NCBI GenBank assembly: GCA_963818475.1
Contig: CAWFSF010000006.1
Coordinates: 1,344,001 to 1,408,000 of the forward strand
From: Nitrospirota bacterium
Lineage (GTDB): Bacteria > Nitrospirota > UBA9217
Reading direction: 5' to 3'
Length of the DNA stretch: 64,000 nt
In this document: positions 1 through 8,363 of the stretch, in pieces
Layout of the letters: every line of letters starts with the position of its first letter
Position numbering within the stretch: position 1 is the stretch's first letter
Translations under genes and position numbers: made by a program
The notes under the pieces: generated by a model
Databases searched by the model: none
What the model saw: only the letters and a program-made list of their open reading frames with translations
Told to the model about the DNA's origin: nothing

Positions 1-1
1 G

Positions 2-250
2 ATCGGCGTCGGCGCCGTGGAAGTCCCCCGGGGAGTCCTGTACCACAGTTATGAATTCGACGATGAAGGGCGCATCGTCCGCTGCGACTGCGTCATCCCC
101 ACGAGCCAGAACCATGCCAATATCCAGCACGACCTCTCCGCGCTGGCCAAGCACTGCGCGTCCCAGGGGAAGCAGGACCGGGAAATAGAACTCCTTGCCC
201 AGATGCTCGTTCGATCATACGACCCGTGCATTTCCTGTTCCGTCCACTAG
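2..250 (+). CDS. [NiFe]-hydrogenase large subunit, C-terminal part (group 3-like; 5' end outside window)
   Basis: EVPRGVLYH motif and terminal L2 motif DPCISCSVH followed directly by TAG; frame open from window start. Confidence 0.9.
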   Translation: MGVGAVEVPRGVLYHSYEFDDEGRIVRCDCVIPTSQNHANIQHDLSALAKHCASQGKQDREIELLAQMLVRSYDPCISCSVH

Positions 251-312
251 CAGCCCGCACGTCTCCCGTAATGCGGCAGATCAAAAAGCTTCACCAGAGG
301 TATACTCTCTAT

Positions 313-750
313 ATGATAGGACCGGATAAGGTTGTCGCGAGATTTAAGGACGGCAGGGTGGTGAAAGGCCATGTGCATGATCTCGATCCGAATGCCGTCG
401 AGATCATTCTTCTTGAGCTGGAAAGCGGGAACGAGCTCAGGATCCCCATCGATGAGCTGAAAGCTCTTTTTTTTGTTCACTCGCTGGAAGGCGACAGTCA
501 ACATCGGGAAAGAAAGGTCTTCGGCATCCGCAAGAATATCGGGCACAAGATCTATATCAGGTTTTTTGACGGGGAATCAATGCTCGGGTTTGTCAAAGGA
601 GATGTCCCCTGGGAAAAGGGTTTCTATCGATCCAGCCCGGGAAGCGGATCCAGCGGTTTCTTCATGGAGCCGGTCGATGACGAAAGTAACAACATCAAAA
701 TATTCGTCATCGCCGGCGCGATACGCGACATATCGATCATTGTTGCATGA
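313..750 (+). CDS. conserved hypothetical protein (DUF6982-like)
   Basis: Two internally similar halves (KVVARFKDGRVVKG / KIYIRFFDGESMLG ... GFFMEPVD..SNNIKIFV); ATG at 313 chosen over the longer ORF. Confidence 0.6.
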   Translation: MIGPDKVVARFKDGRVVKGHVHDLDPNAVEIILLELESGNELRIPIDELKALFFVHSLEGDSQHRERKVFGIRKNIGHKIYIRFFDGESMLGFVKGDVPWEKGFYRSSPGSGSSGFFMEPVDDESNNIKIFVIAGAIRDISIIVA

Positions 751-761
751 TCGTTAAAAAA

Positions 762-927
762 GCATTTGGACACGGATAAACACGGGTAAGAGCCGGATAC
801 CAGAAGTAGGCGCTTCTAAGCGACGGCGGATTATTTTTTTATAAGAGGTTCACCCAATAGGTGAATGCTTTGCTTTAGAATTTATCCGCGTTAATCAGAT
901 GTTTCCGATTCTTCCGTGTCCAAATGC
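762..927. repeat. intergenic palindromic element with 15-bp perfect terminal inverted repeats
   Basis: GCATTTGGACACGGA (762-776) is the reverse complement of TCCGTGTCCAAATGC (913-927); lies between convergent genes. Confidence 0.75.
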
Positions 928-947
928 CGTTTTTAGGATGATCGTTT

Positions 948-1352
948 TTACTGCCGTTCTAGCGCCCTGCGTCTTACCAGGAGGAGCAGCAGCAAAAGCA
1001 AAGCCAGAAGAAGCAGCATAAGAGGGTTGGGCAAGAGGCCCTTTTCCTGTTGAAGCGCCTGCACGGGAAGGGGTATTGCCGCCGCCTGCACCGGCTGCGG
1101 CATTTCGACCTGCTCCTCTTGGACCGATGCAACAGGAGGCTCTGCAGCGACACGTTGCTTTTTCTTCACTTTCTTTGCCACCCGTATCGGTTTTCCATAC
1201 TTGTCATGCAAATGGTACTCGCTGAAAAGCAGCTCCCATTTTTCGCACCCTTTGTAACACTTGTGCCCGCCGACCGAATCGGTCTTCCCCGGATGGGACC
1301 AGGCCAGGATAGGTAAAATGAAGATCAGCAGTGCCAGAAAGAGTGTTTTCAT
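948..1352 (-). CDS. secreted/membrane-anchored YHYH-like domain protein
   Basis: Signal peptide MKTLFLALLIFILPILAWS, HPGKTD..GGH.C...C....EYHLH motif, C-terminal hydrophobic helix followed by RRR. Confidence 0.65.
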   Translation of the reverse strand: MKTLFLALLIFILPILAWSHPGKTDSVGGHKCYKGCEKWELLFSEYHLHDKYGKPIRVAKKVKKKQRVAAEPPVASVQEEQVEMPQPVQAAAIPLPVQALQQEKGLLPNPLMLLLLALLLLLLLLVRRRALERQ

Positions 1353-1421
1353 TCGTCGAGTGTAACCCATCGACCTGCAGGTGTCAAACCGATACAAAAG
1401 CTGAAAATACCGTCTTTTTTC

Positions 1422-1450
1422 TTGACAATAACAGCCCCTGATGTTAAATT
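1422..1450 (+). promoter_or_regulatory. sigma70-type promoter of tRNA-Ala
   Basis: TTGACA (1422-1427), 17-bp spacer, TAAATT (1445-1450), just upstream of the tRNA. Confidence 0.65.
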
Positions 1451-1482
1451 ATCCACCTCGTTGCACCGGTTTCAGCATCAAT

Positions 1483-1558
1483 GGGGCTGTAGCTCAGCTG
1501 GGAGAGCACAAGGCTGGCAGTCTTGGGGTCAGGGGTTCGATCCCCCTCAGCTCCACCA
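1483..1558 (+). tRNA. tRNA-Ala (anticodon GGC)
   Basis: 76 nt GGGGCTG...CAGCTCCACCA; D arm AGCTCAGCTGGGAGAGC; anticodon stem CAAGG/TCTTG with loop CTGGCAG; GGTTCGATCC T arm; encoded CCA. Confidence 0.97.
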
Positions 1559-1727
1559 AGAAAATAACAAAAGGCTGGTCATCATTGACCGGCCTTTTTT
1601 ATTGCGTGGAGGGGGATCGAACCAAGGGAGTTTGAGGGAAAGGATTTCCCTCATGCTTCGGGGGAGCACCGAGGGGGCTGGTCCCCTCGGAAGCGAAGCG
1701 CGTGAGATTTCCCCCTCAGCTCCACCA
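1559..1727 (+). repeat. ~170-bp structured mini-element ending in a copy of the tRNA-Ala 3' end (copy 1)
   Basis: Ends in TCCCCCTCAGCTCCACCA (1710-1727, same as 1541-1558); core nearly identical to 9569-9686. Confidence 0.85.
1569..1600 (+). terminator. rho-independent terminator after tRNA-Ala
   Basis: AAAAGGCTGGTCA-tcat-TGACCGGCCTTTTTT hairpin plus T tract. Confidence 0.75.
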
Positions 1728-1740
1728 AGAATACAAAGGG

Positions 1741-2007
1741 TTAGCTCATCAGAGCTAGCCCTTTTCCATTTGATTGTGCTAATTCTGTGCTAATCCTGTC
1801 CAAGACCTCCACACCACTTCGCAAACTCTCGGGACAATGATGCGAATAACGCTGCGTCATCTTGATGTCCTTATGTCCGAGCAGTTTTGAAATCATGTAA
1901 AGGTCTATCCCCGCTTGCGCCAGCCTCGTTGCGAACGTATGGCGAAGGTCATGAAACTTGAAATCTGTGATCTTGGCACGTTTAACAGCATTGTAGTATG
2001 CCCTCAT
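1741..2007 (-). pseudogene. tyrosine recombinase/integrase, C-terminal fragment only
   Basis: FHDLRHTFATRL, LLGH and catalytic Tyr (MTQRY) present in 88 aa; N-terminal domains missing. Confidence 0.85.
1775..1794. promoter_or_regulatory. putative integrase arm-type sites (TGTGCTAA pair)
   Basis: TGTGCTAAttcTGTGCTAA here; TGTGCTAAaatTGTGCTAA at ~9333-9351; degenerate pair at ~9733-9751. Confidence 0.5.
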
Positions 2008-2018
2008 TAGATTTATTC

Positions 2019-2426
2019 TCAGAATCTTTTAACCAAATTTTCTTTAGGCCAGGCGAACACACGTGTATAAAACAATCTGCTTGCGTCAGGTAGCTTCTGA
2101 TATAAACCCTCTAAATCTTCAAAGAGTTTCTTTGGCTCCCGCTTTAAGCGTTCTTCAAAATTATCAAAAACCCGTAACAGTTCATAAGCGCCTAATTCCT
2201 TCATGACGTAGGGATCTTTCACCAGTGTTCTTATACCATCATCAGGATTGATCGATTTTTCTCGATCAGCACTGCGAATCCGTTCTTGAATAGCGTCAGG
2301 GAAAACTAGACGCTTTTCTTCAGAGGCTTTTTTTATATCGTTGATATAAACGAGAAACCTTTTGACCATCAAGTCAAACTCTGGGCCAATTATTTCCTTC
2401 CATCTATCGCGGTTTATATGAGTCAT
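2019..2426 (-). CDS. hypothetical protein
   Basis: 135-aa ORF co-oriented downstream of the restriction gene; no motif recognised. Confidence 0.55.
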   Translation of the reverse strand: MTHINRDRWKEIIGPEFDLMVKRFLVYINDIKKASEEKRLVFPDAIQERIRSADREKSINPDDGIRTLVKDPYVMKELGAYELLRVFDNFEERLKREPKKLFEDLEGLYQKLPDASRLFYTRVFAWPKENLVKRF

Positions 2427-2459
2427 AATTTGAATTTATCATACGCAGACTAATGAATA

Positions 2460-3071
2460 TCAACGTTTTGCCCGTCCGTCAGTTCCCTTTGGTATTTTGG
2501 GGACATTAAAACTGACTTCATCATGCTCAACAACTATTATTCTCAAGGCTCCCTTTATCCCAGGCAAATTTTTCCAGAGAGGGAAATATGGCCTGAGTTC
2601 TCCAATATTTCCTATTCGATCAGTAAGGTAAACCTTGAGAGCATCACTTGGAACCACAAGAAAACTACCAAGCGTGTTGGTCTCCTGCATAGCTAAAAAA
2701 AGTTTATTTAGTGCGCGATGACTTGACGATATATTACCCGTCTCCCATTCAAAAGCTATGAAACCATCATTGGTGATTTTGAGCGCATCAAGATCGCCAG
2801 TTCCAAGTACAGAAGATCCAATATTAGGCAAATCTTCGATCACCCAGCCAGATTTCCTTAATGCTTCAATACATGGTAGCTTTATAGGCTTTACACCGTT
2901 CCCTTTGCCTGTTTTCTTCCCAGATTCAGGGTATATAGTAAATTTTCCGGATCCATGCGGCCAGTCTGTTGCTTTAATGGCTGCACTAACTTCTTGCCAA
3001 GCAGCAATAAGCGTGGCTGAGCCAGTAAACAGCCTTGGATTAAGTATGTCGTGTTGCTCAACAATTCTCAT
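2460..3071 (-). CDS. type II restriction endonuclease, BamHI family
   Basis: NGVKPIK, D...FEWETGNISSSHRALNKL, YLTDR..N..EL.PYF and VPKIPKGTDG match BamHI motifs (EFETGNISSAHRSMNKL, IPKGSDG). Confidence 0.9.
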   Translation of the reverse strand: MRIVEQHDILNPRLFTGSATLIAAWQEVSAAIKATDWPHGSGKFTIYPESGKKTGKGNGVKPIKLPCIEALRKSGWVIEDLPNIGSSVLGTGDLDALKITNDGFIAFEWETGNISSSHRALNKLFLAMQETNTLGSFLVVPSDALKVYLTDRIGNIGELRPYFPLWKNLPGIKGALRIIVVEHDEVSFNVPKIPKGTDGRAKR

Positions 3072-3319
3072 TTATTACCCTTCCTTGAGACCTCGACCAA
3101 CTGCGCTTCAACCTCTGCAATTATTCCGCTAGCTTTTACACCAAGAACACTAGAAATTTGAAGTAAGGTGGTGAGAGAAGGCTGACGCAATCCCCGCTCA
3201 AGTAGCGAAATGAATGTGCGATCGAGTCCGCCTTCAAGCGCAAGACGTTCTTGTGATAACCCTTTTTTTGTTCTTAATTTTCGGAGAACAACGCCAAAGG
3301 CTTCTTCAGGTTTTAGCAA
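3068..3319 (-). CDS. R-M controller (C) protein, XRE HTH
   Basis: LRKLRTKKGLSQERLA...LDRTFISLLERGLRQPSL; overlaps REase start by 4 bp; AGGAGG upstream of TTG. Confidence 0.88.
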   Translation of the reverse strand: MLKPEEAFGVVLRKLRTKKGLSQERLALEGGLDRTFISLLERGLRQPSLTTLLQISSVLGVKASGIIAEVEAQLVEVSRKGNK

Positions 3320-3362
3320 TGCAGCCTCCTTTCAATAATGTGTCGAAGTTACAGTGATTGAA

Positions 3363-3386
3363 GACTATAGTCTACGGACTATAGTC
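3363..3386. promoter_or_regulatory. C-box double operator
   Basis: GACTATAGTC-TACG-GACTATAGTC: two perfect palindromes upstream of the C gene, matching the GACT..AGTC C-box pattern. Confidence 0.85.
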
Positions 3387-3448
3387 TTCATATTTGTTTT
3401 CAAATATGTTATAGTTGCCCAAGTGATTAAAATGTAAAGAGGTGGCAG

Positions 3449-4705
3449 ATGGGATATTCAAATCAGTTTTTCAAGGCAATTAACGTCAACCCTCAATCTA
3501 AGTCTGACCTACAATCTTTTTCCAACAAGACTGGAATTCCCGTAGATCGGCTCAAGTACTACAACGAAATGAACGTATTACCTAACGGCAAGGATTTAGA
3601 GACAATCACGAAAGCATGTAATGTAACAGAAATTGATCTAATGCTGAATATGGGCAGACTTGACCTAACTCTACTGAATGCCATTCAGAGTAACTCAAAA
3701 AAAATATCCGAACTTATCAAAAAAAACTACAATAGAGAAGAGATTCAAACAAAAGCTCCCAAAATTGCCCTTCAAACATCATATGGTACGCTCTATCAAG
3801 GTGATTGCTTAAGCGTCACTAAGACAATGAAAAGCGAATCCGTAGATTTTATTTTTGCCGACCCGCCTTTCAACCTCAACAAATTGTATCCTTCCAACAT
3901 TGATGACAACCTAAAAACCGAGATTTATCTCCATTGGTGTCAAGAATGGCTTCACGAGTGTGTGCGCGTACTTAAGCACGGTGGGTCTTTTTTCCTCTGG
4001 AATCTCCCCCGCTGGAACTCAGCCTTATCTGGATACCTTGGAAACTATCTAACATTTCGTCACTGGATAGCTGTAGATATCAAATACACACTTCCAATAT
4101 CAGGGAGATTATATCCCTCACACTATTCTCTGCTTTACTATATTAAAGGCAGCAAAGCCAAAACTTTTCACCCTGATAGGTTGCCAATGCTTACTTGCCC
4201 AAAGTGCTACGGCGATCTTAAAGATTATGGTGGATATAAAGATAAAATGAATGTTAAGGGTGTTAACCTATGCGATATTTGGACTGATATCCCTCCTGTT
4301 AGACATGCCAAATATAAACGTAGAGAAGGAGCAAATGAACTGTCGTTAAAACTTATGGATAGAATTATTGAAATGTCCACCGATGAAGGAGATACCGTTT
4401 TTGATCCCTTTGGGGGATCTGGGACAACATATATGGCGGCAGAACTCAAAGGAAGAAATTGGATAGGGTGCGAAATTGGCCCAGCGAAAGACATTAAAAA
4501 TAGATTTTTGAGGATAGAAGAAGAAAGAAAAATCCTTGCAGATTACAGGTCAAGACTAAACAAGTTGTTTCCAGATGACGTACGCAAGAAGCGTATTGAA
4601 TGTGATCTCTGGGTTTATGAATCGTTCCAAAGAAACGTACCCAAAGAGCCGGCAATTACTCATCGAGAAAAACCAACAAATAAACAAGTATACAAGAGAA
4701 AATAA
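3449..4705 (+). CDS. amino-methyltransferase (beta class, probably m4C), M.BamHI-like, with N-terminal HTH-like extension
   Basis: FADPPF motif IV precedes DPFGGSGTT motif I; divergent from the C-R operon. Confidence 0.9.
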   Translation: MGYSNQFFKAINVNPQSKSDLQSFSNKTGIPVDRLKYYNEMNVLPNGKDLETITKACNVTEIDLMLNMGRLDLTLLNAIQSNSKKISELIKKNYNREEIQTKAPKIALQTSYGTLYQGDCLSVTKTMKSESVDFIFADPPFNLNKLYPSNIDDNLKTEIYLHWCQEWLHECVRVLKHGGSFFLWNLPRWNSALSGYLGNYLTFRHWIAVDIKYTLPISGRLYPSHYSLLYYIKGSKAKTFHPDRLPMLTCPKCYGDLKDYGGYKDKMNVKGVNLCDIWTDIPPVRHAKYKRREGANELSLKLMDRIIEMSTDEGDTVFDPFGGSGTTYMAAELKGRNWIGCEIGPAKDIKNRFLRIEEERKILADYRSRLNKLFPDDVRKKRIECDLWVYESFQRNVPKEPAITHREKPTNKQVYKRK

Positions 4706-4930
4706 ACCTAAACCAGCTACGCTAAACGCTGACCGTGCCATAGATCCTCGCAGACAGCAGGCTTCGCATGAAGTGGCTTGCTGCCTCAGCCAGGCAGTAA
4801 TTAATGCGCCTCGCTGAGTGCAGCAATCATTAAAAGGTTTATCTGTTTGACACAACCTAAATAAAAATGCTACCCTACCGAGAATTAATAGAGCTTCAGA
4901 TGAATCTAGTTTTGACTGTTGAGGGAGATA

Positions 4931-6701
4931 ATGACAACTAAAAATAAGCTCACGTTTCAAAGTTACCTTAAGCAGGATACCGAATATAGTAAATTCGGGA
5001 AGAATAATGTAGCAATTTTCGCCCTCGCAATGTATTTAGGAATTGACGAGATTGATGAATTTATGGCAAATTCTTGGACTGAAGATGATGATGATAAAAA
5101 AATAGATTTATTCTACATTGATCTAAACGAATCTCGGGCAGCAATAGTCCAAGTTTACATAGCAGATAAATTTGGCAAACAAGCTGCGCCAGCAAATAAA
5201 GCAAGTGACTTGAACACAGCATGTTCATGGATATTTTCAGCTAATGAAAAAAATATCCCAAAAAAAATACGAGCAAAATCCATTGAATTAAGAAATGCGA
5301 TTATTGGTCGAGAAATCGAAAGGATTGACTTTCTATATGTACACAATTGTGCGGAATCACTTAACGTAGAAAATGAACTCAGAACAGTAGCAGATGGCGC
5401 AAGAGATCAAATAATCGCATTAACCGGAAAGAAGACACTCGATGTGCAACTTAACTATAAAGAAATTGGCATAAAAACAATTGAGGATCTATACAAATCC
5501 AGAGATAAGGAGATTCTCGTAGAGGATGTTTTGCGCTTGCCCAAAAGAAACTACATTGTCGAAAAAGGTAAGGGATGGAAAGCAGTCCACTTAGCGATAA
5601 CCGGTGACTGGATAAGAAAGCTTTACTTGCATAATGGCGACAATTTGTTTAGTGCTAATTACAGGGACTACCTAGGATCTTTTAAAAGGAAAGGTAATAT
5701 AAATTTCGAAATTACACAGACTGCAGATAAAGAACCGAAGAGTTTTTGGGTGTACAACAACGGAATAACAGCCTTAACTAACAAGATTACTTTAGTAAAA
5801 AACCACATTGAAATGCACGGTTTGTCAATCATTAATGGCGCCCAGACAACAGGATCCATTGGCGTGGTATCTGAAAAAAAGGCAAAAGCTTTAAAAGTAT
5901 CATTTAGAGTAGTTGAATGCGGCGACAAAGAAACCGTAAATAAAATAATTAAATACAATAATACTCAGAATGAAATTAAAGCATTCGACAAAAGAAGCAA
6001 TGATCCGATACAGAAAAGACTCTCGAAGGATTTCAAACAATACTCCATAAACTATATTCACAGAAGAAACCAAATTCGTTCAACCAAGAACGCAATTACT
6101 GCAGTTTCAATAGGACCAGCCTTATGTTCTTTTCATGGCGACCCAAATACTGCCTACAGGCAAGCAAAAGATATTTTTTTGCAAGATGATATTTATACAC
6201 GTGTATTTAAAGATTTTATCACAGCAGAACACATTTTCTTATTAAAGAGCCTAAGTGTTGCTTTTGATCATTACAAAGAATACTTAAACGGTCGGGTGAA
6301 AAGGGATGAAGCAACCGACTTAGATAAGGATCAACAAGATTTTCTTAAATATTCTGCGTCCAAAATATTTCTTTATTACGCAATCGGACGGCTTGCAGAA
6401 ACAATATTAAATAAAAAAGTGACTAACCTATATAGTTGGAAAGCGAAGCCAGAAGTAGTCTCACCTGAAAATGGATCTCTTTGCCCAGGCATGGGTAGAG
6501 GTTATTTACCAAACAATATTGCCGCAGATCATTTTTGTTATCAGAGAAACGTAAATCAGATTTTACAAATCCTTTCTATGAAGTCCCAAGAAGTATAGAG
6601 CAGTCAAAGCTAGTAGGAGATGAATTAAAAGCCTTGCTAGCATCTCAATTGCCAATTTTAGGGAAGCAATTTGAGAACATAAGGAAACGGTCAACTTTAT
6701 A
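4931..6701 (+). CDS. AIPR family protein (C-terminus broken by frameshifts near 6480-6560)
   Basis: LFSANYRDYLG, FWVYNNGITA, IINGAQT, YNNTQN motifs; tracked ORF stops at 6598 but a shifted frame (SDFTNPFYEVPRS...RSTL) runs to TAG at 6701. Confidence 0.8.
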
Positions 6702-6772
6702 GCCCAGCAAACATAGAGGGACATCTGTTCTTACAATGTTTCGGTTTTGATTCTATTTTTGTGAGACCTTAA

Positions 6773-6797
6773 GGACGTTTTGTCCGAAGTGGATTTA
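6773..6797. repeat. cassette-boundary repeat B, copy 1
   Basis: GGACGTTTTGTCCGAAGTGGATTTA vs GGACGTTGTGTCCGAAATGGACTTA at 8259-8283 (22/25 identical). Confidence 0.7.
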
Positions 6798-6869
6798 CGT
6801 ACCGGAGTCTTTTAAAGCGCTATCCAAGCAAAACCGTAACACTGACAACAAAAAGGTGAGATTCGCCCT

Positions 6870-7499
6870 ATGAGCTACGACGAAGATGATGCTGCTCGTG
6901 ATAACTTTTACGATCAAATTAGCGAGGAATTGTACCCGGATCACAAGCTTCAGGCGATAGAAGAGTTCACCGCCGACCGACTGCTTTCTTTCTACATACA
7001 GCATCCAACTGTAATGCTGCAGGCCATTGATGCACTACAGGAAGGGAAAACATTACTTGAATTGAAACGGTATTCAGCTGCAGTTGTTTTTTTTGTGTCC
7101 GCTGTTGAGTTGCTGTTAAAGGCTACGTTACTCAAACCGGTTGTTTACGGACTTGTCCATCATGAAGCGTTGGCCGACATAATTGTTCAACACGCATTAG
7201 GCCAAACTGGATTCGACCGCTACGAAAGTTTATTGGCTAATCTCTTTACACGCTTAGCTAAAATGGATTTAAGCGCTATTTATCGAGAGGGTTCAACTGA
7301 GAAGCTGCTCGAAGAAAGCAAACGGCTACAGAAGCTCCGAAATAGGATAATTCACCAAGGCGCAAAGGCTACTGAAACTGAAGCAGATACAGCGCTTCTT
7401 GTTGCGGTTGCAACATACGAGAAGATTGTTGAACCTATGCTCCATGCAATTGGTCTCAATGTTGGAGAAAAAGGCGTCATCAGTCCCTCATTATCGTAA
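6870..7499 (+). CDS. hypothetical protein with HEPN-like RxxxxH motif
   Basis: Helical protein with SAVELLLK near the N-terminus and LRNRIIHQG near the C-terminus. Confidence 0.6.
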   Translation: MSYDEDDAARDNFYDQISEELYPDHKLQAIEEFTADRLLSFYIQHPTVMLQAIDALQEGKTLLELKRYSAAVVFFVSAVELLLKATLLKPVVYGLVHHEALADIIVQHALGQTGFDRYESLLANLFTRLAKMDLSAIYREGSTEKLLEESKRLQKLRNRIIHQGAKATETEADTALLVAVATYEKIVEPMLHAIGLNVGEKGVISPSLS

Positions 7500-7515
7500 A
7501 GAAAGCGTAAATAAG

Positions 7516-8190
7516 ATGATACCTGCATATACCTACAGTGACATTCTGCAACAACTTAACAACGATTTGGAAGACGCCCAAGACAAAGTGCAATTGGTAG
7601 GTTTAATATTTTCCAGGCCTCCATCAGAAATTGCAAAAGATCACATCATCCCCTCTCTTAGATATTTCCATATACGCTCAGGTCAAAATGTCTCTTTCTT
7701 CTTCGCAGGATTTCGCCCTGATGATACAGTACGTAACGTCCATGAATACCAAATCCCTGGTCCAAATGGATACTGGATATTTGACGAAATACACTTTAAT
7801 CAATTAAGATCAGAAATTGAACAGCTAACGGCATGGAGATATAGCGGTGGCAATGACTTCATTCTAGCAACTGGCAGATATAATAAGAGCAAAAGAAGGA
7901 CCTACATTGACTTTACGGATGCAATTGTAATCAACCTAGAAAAACTATTAAAAGATAATAGTCTTCCAACGATAGCCATGTTATTTGAAAAAATATTCAG
8001 CTTTGCAGAGGATGCTGATCCAAATCACCCGATATGGGATTTTAGTGATAAAATGGGACTATCTTTAGGTCGCGGTGCAATCAAAGGATTAATCCTTTCT
8101 TTATTGCCAGAGTCAGTGCGCAGCCATTTCAAGTCAGCCTTTCACTATGCTGTTCAAAATATAACGCCAGAAGATATTGTCAAACATTGA
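7516..8190 (+). CDS. hypothetical protein
   Basis: ATG 17 bp after the previous stop; ~224 aa; GLIFSRP...LRYFHIRSG...FFFAGF; family not recognised. Confidence 0.6.
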   Translation: MIPAYTYSDILQQLNNDLEDAQDKVQLVGLIFSRPPSEIAKDHIIPSLRYFHIRSGQNVSFFFAGFRPDDTVRNVHEYQIPGPNGYWIFDEIHFNQLRSEIEQLTAWRYSGGNDFILATGRYNKSKRRTYIDFTDAIVINLEKLLKDNSLPTIAMLFEKIFSFAEDADPNHPIWDFSDKMGLSLGRGAIKGLILSLLPESVRSHFKSAFHYAVQNITPEDIVKH

Positions 8191-8213
8191 CAAAAAAGAA
8201 AATATAGTGAATT

Positions 8214-8283
8214 AATTAATCCTTCTAAGTCTTGGCGTACTACCTGCGATACTTTAGGGGACGTTGTGTCCGAAATGGACTTA
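8214..8283. repeat. junction of repeat A (8214-8246) and repeat B (8259-8283)
   Basis: AATTAATCCTTCTAAGTCTTGGCGTACTACCTG matches 9255-9287 at 31/33; B matches 6773-6797. Confidence 0.75.
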
Positions 8284-8363
8284 GTTTGCAACATAGGAAA
8301 TAAGCATCCTGCAAAAGTTTTCTTTCTTGAACATGATCAAATGACACAAAGGAGTATTCTCGA

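Noticed and set aside
1422-1793. ORFs 1422-1793, 1441-1635 and the similar 9447-9716 as proteins
   Set aside because: They run through the tRNA/att repeats; their similarity is explained by the DNA duplication
8228-8235. AGTCTTGG in repeat A as a tRNA-Ala anticodon-arm derivative
   Set aside because: An 8-nt match is too short to distinguish from chance
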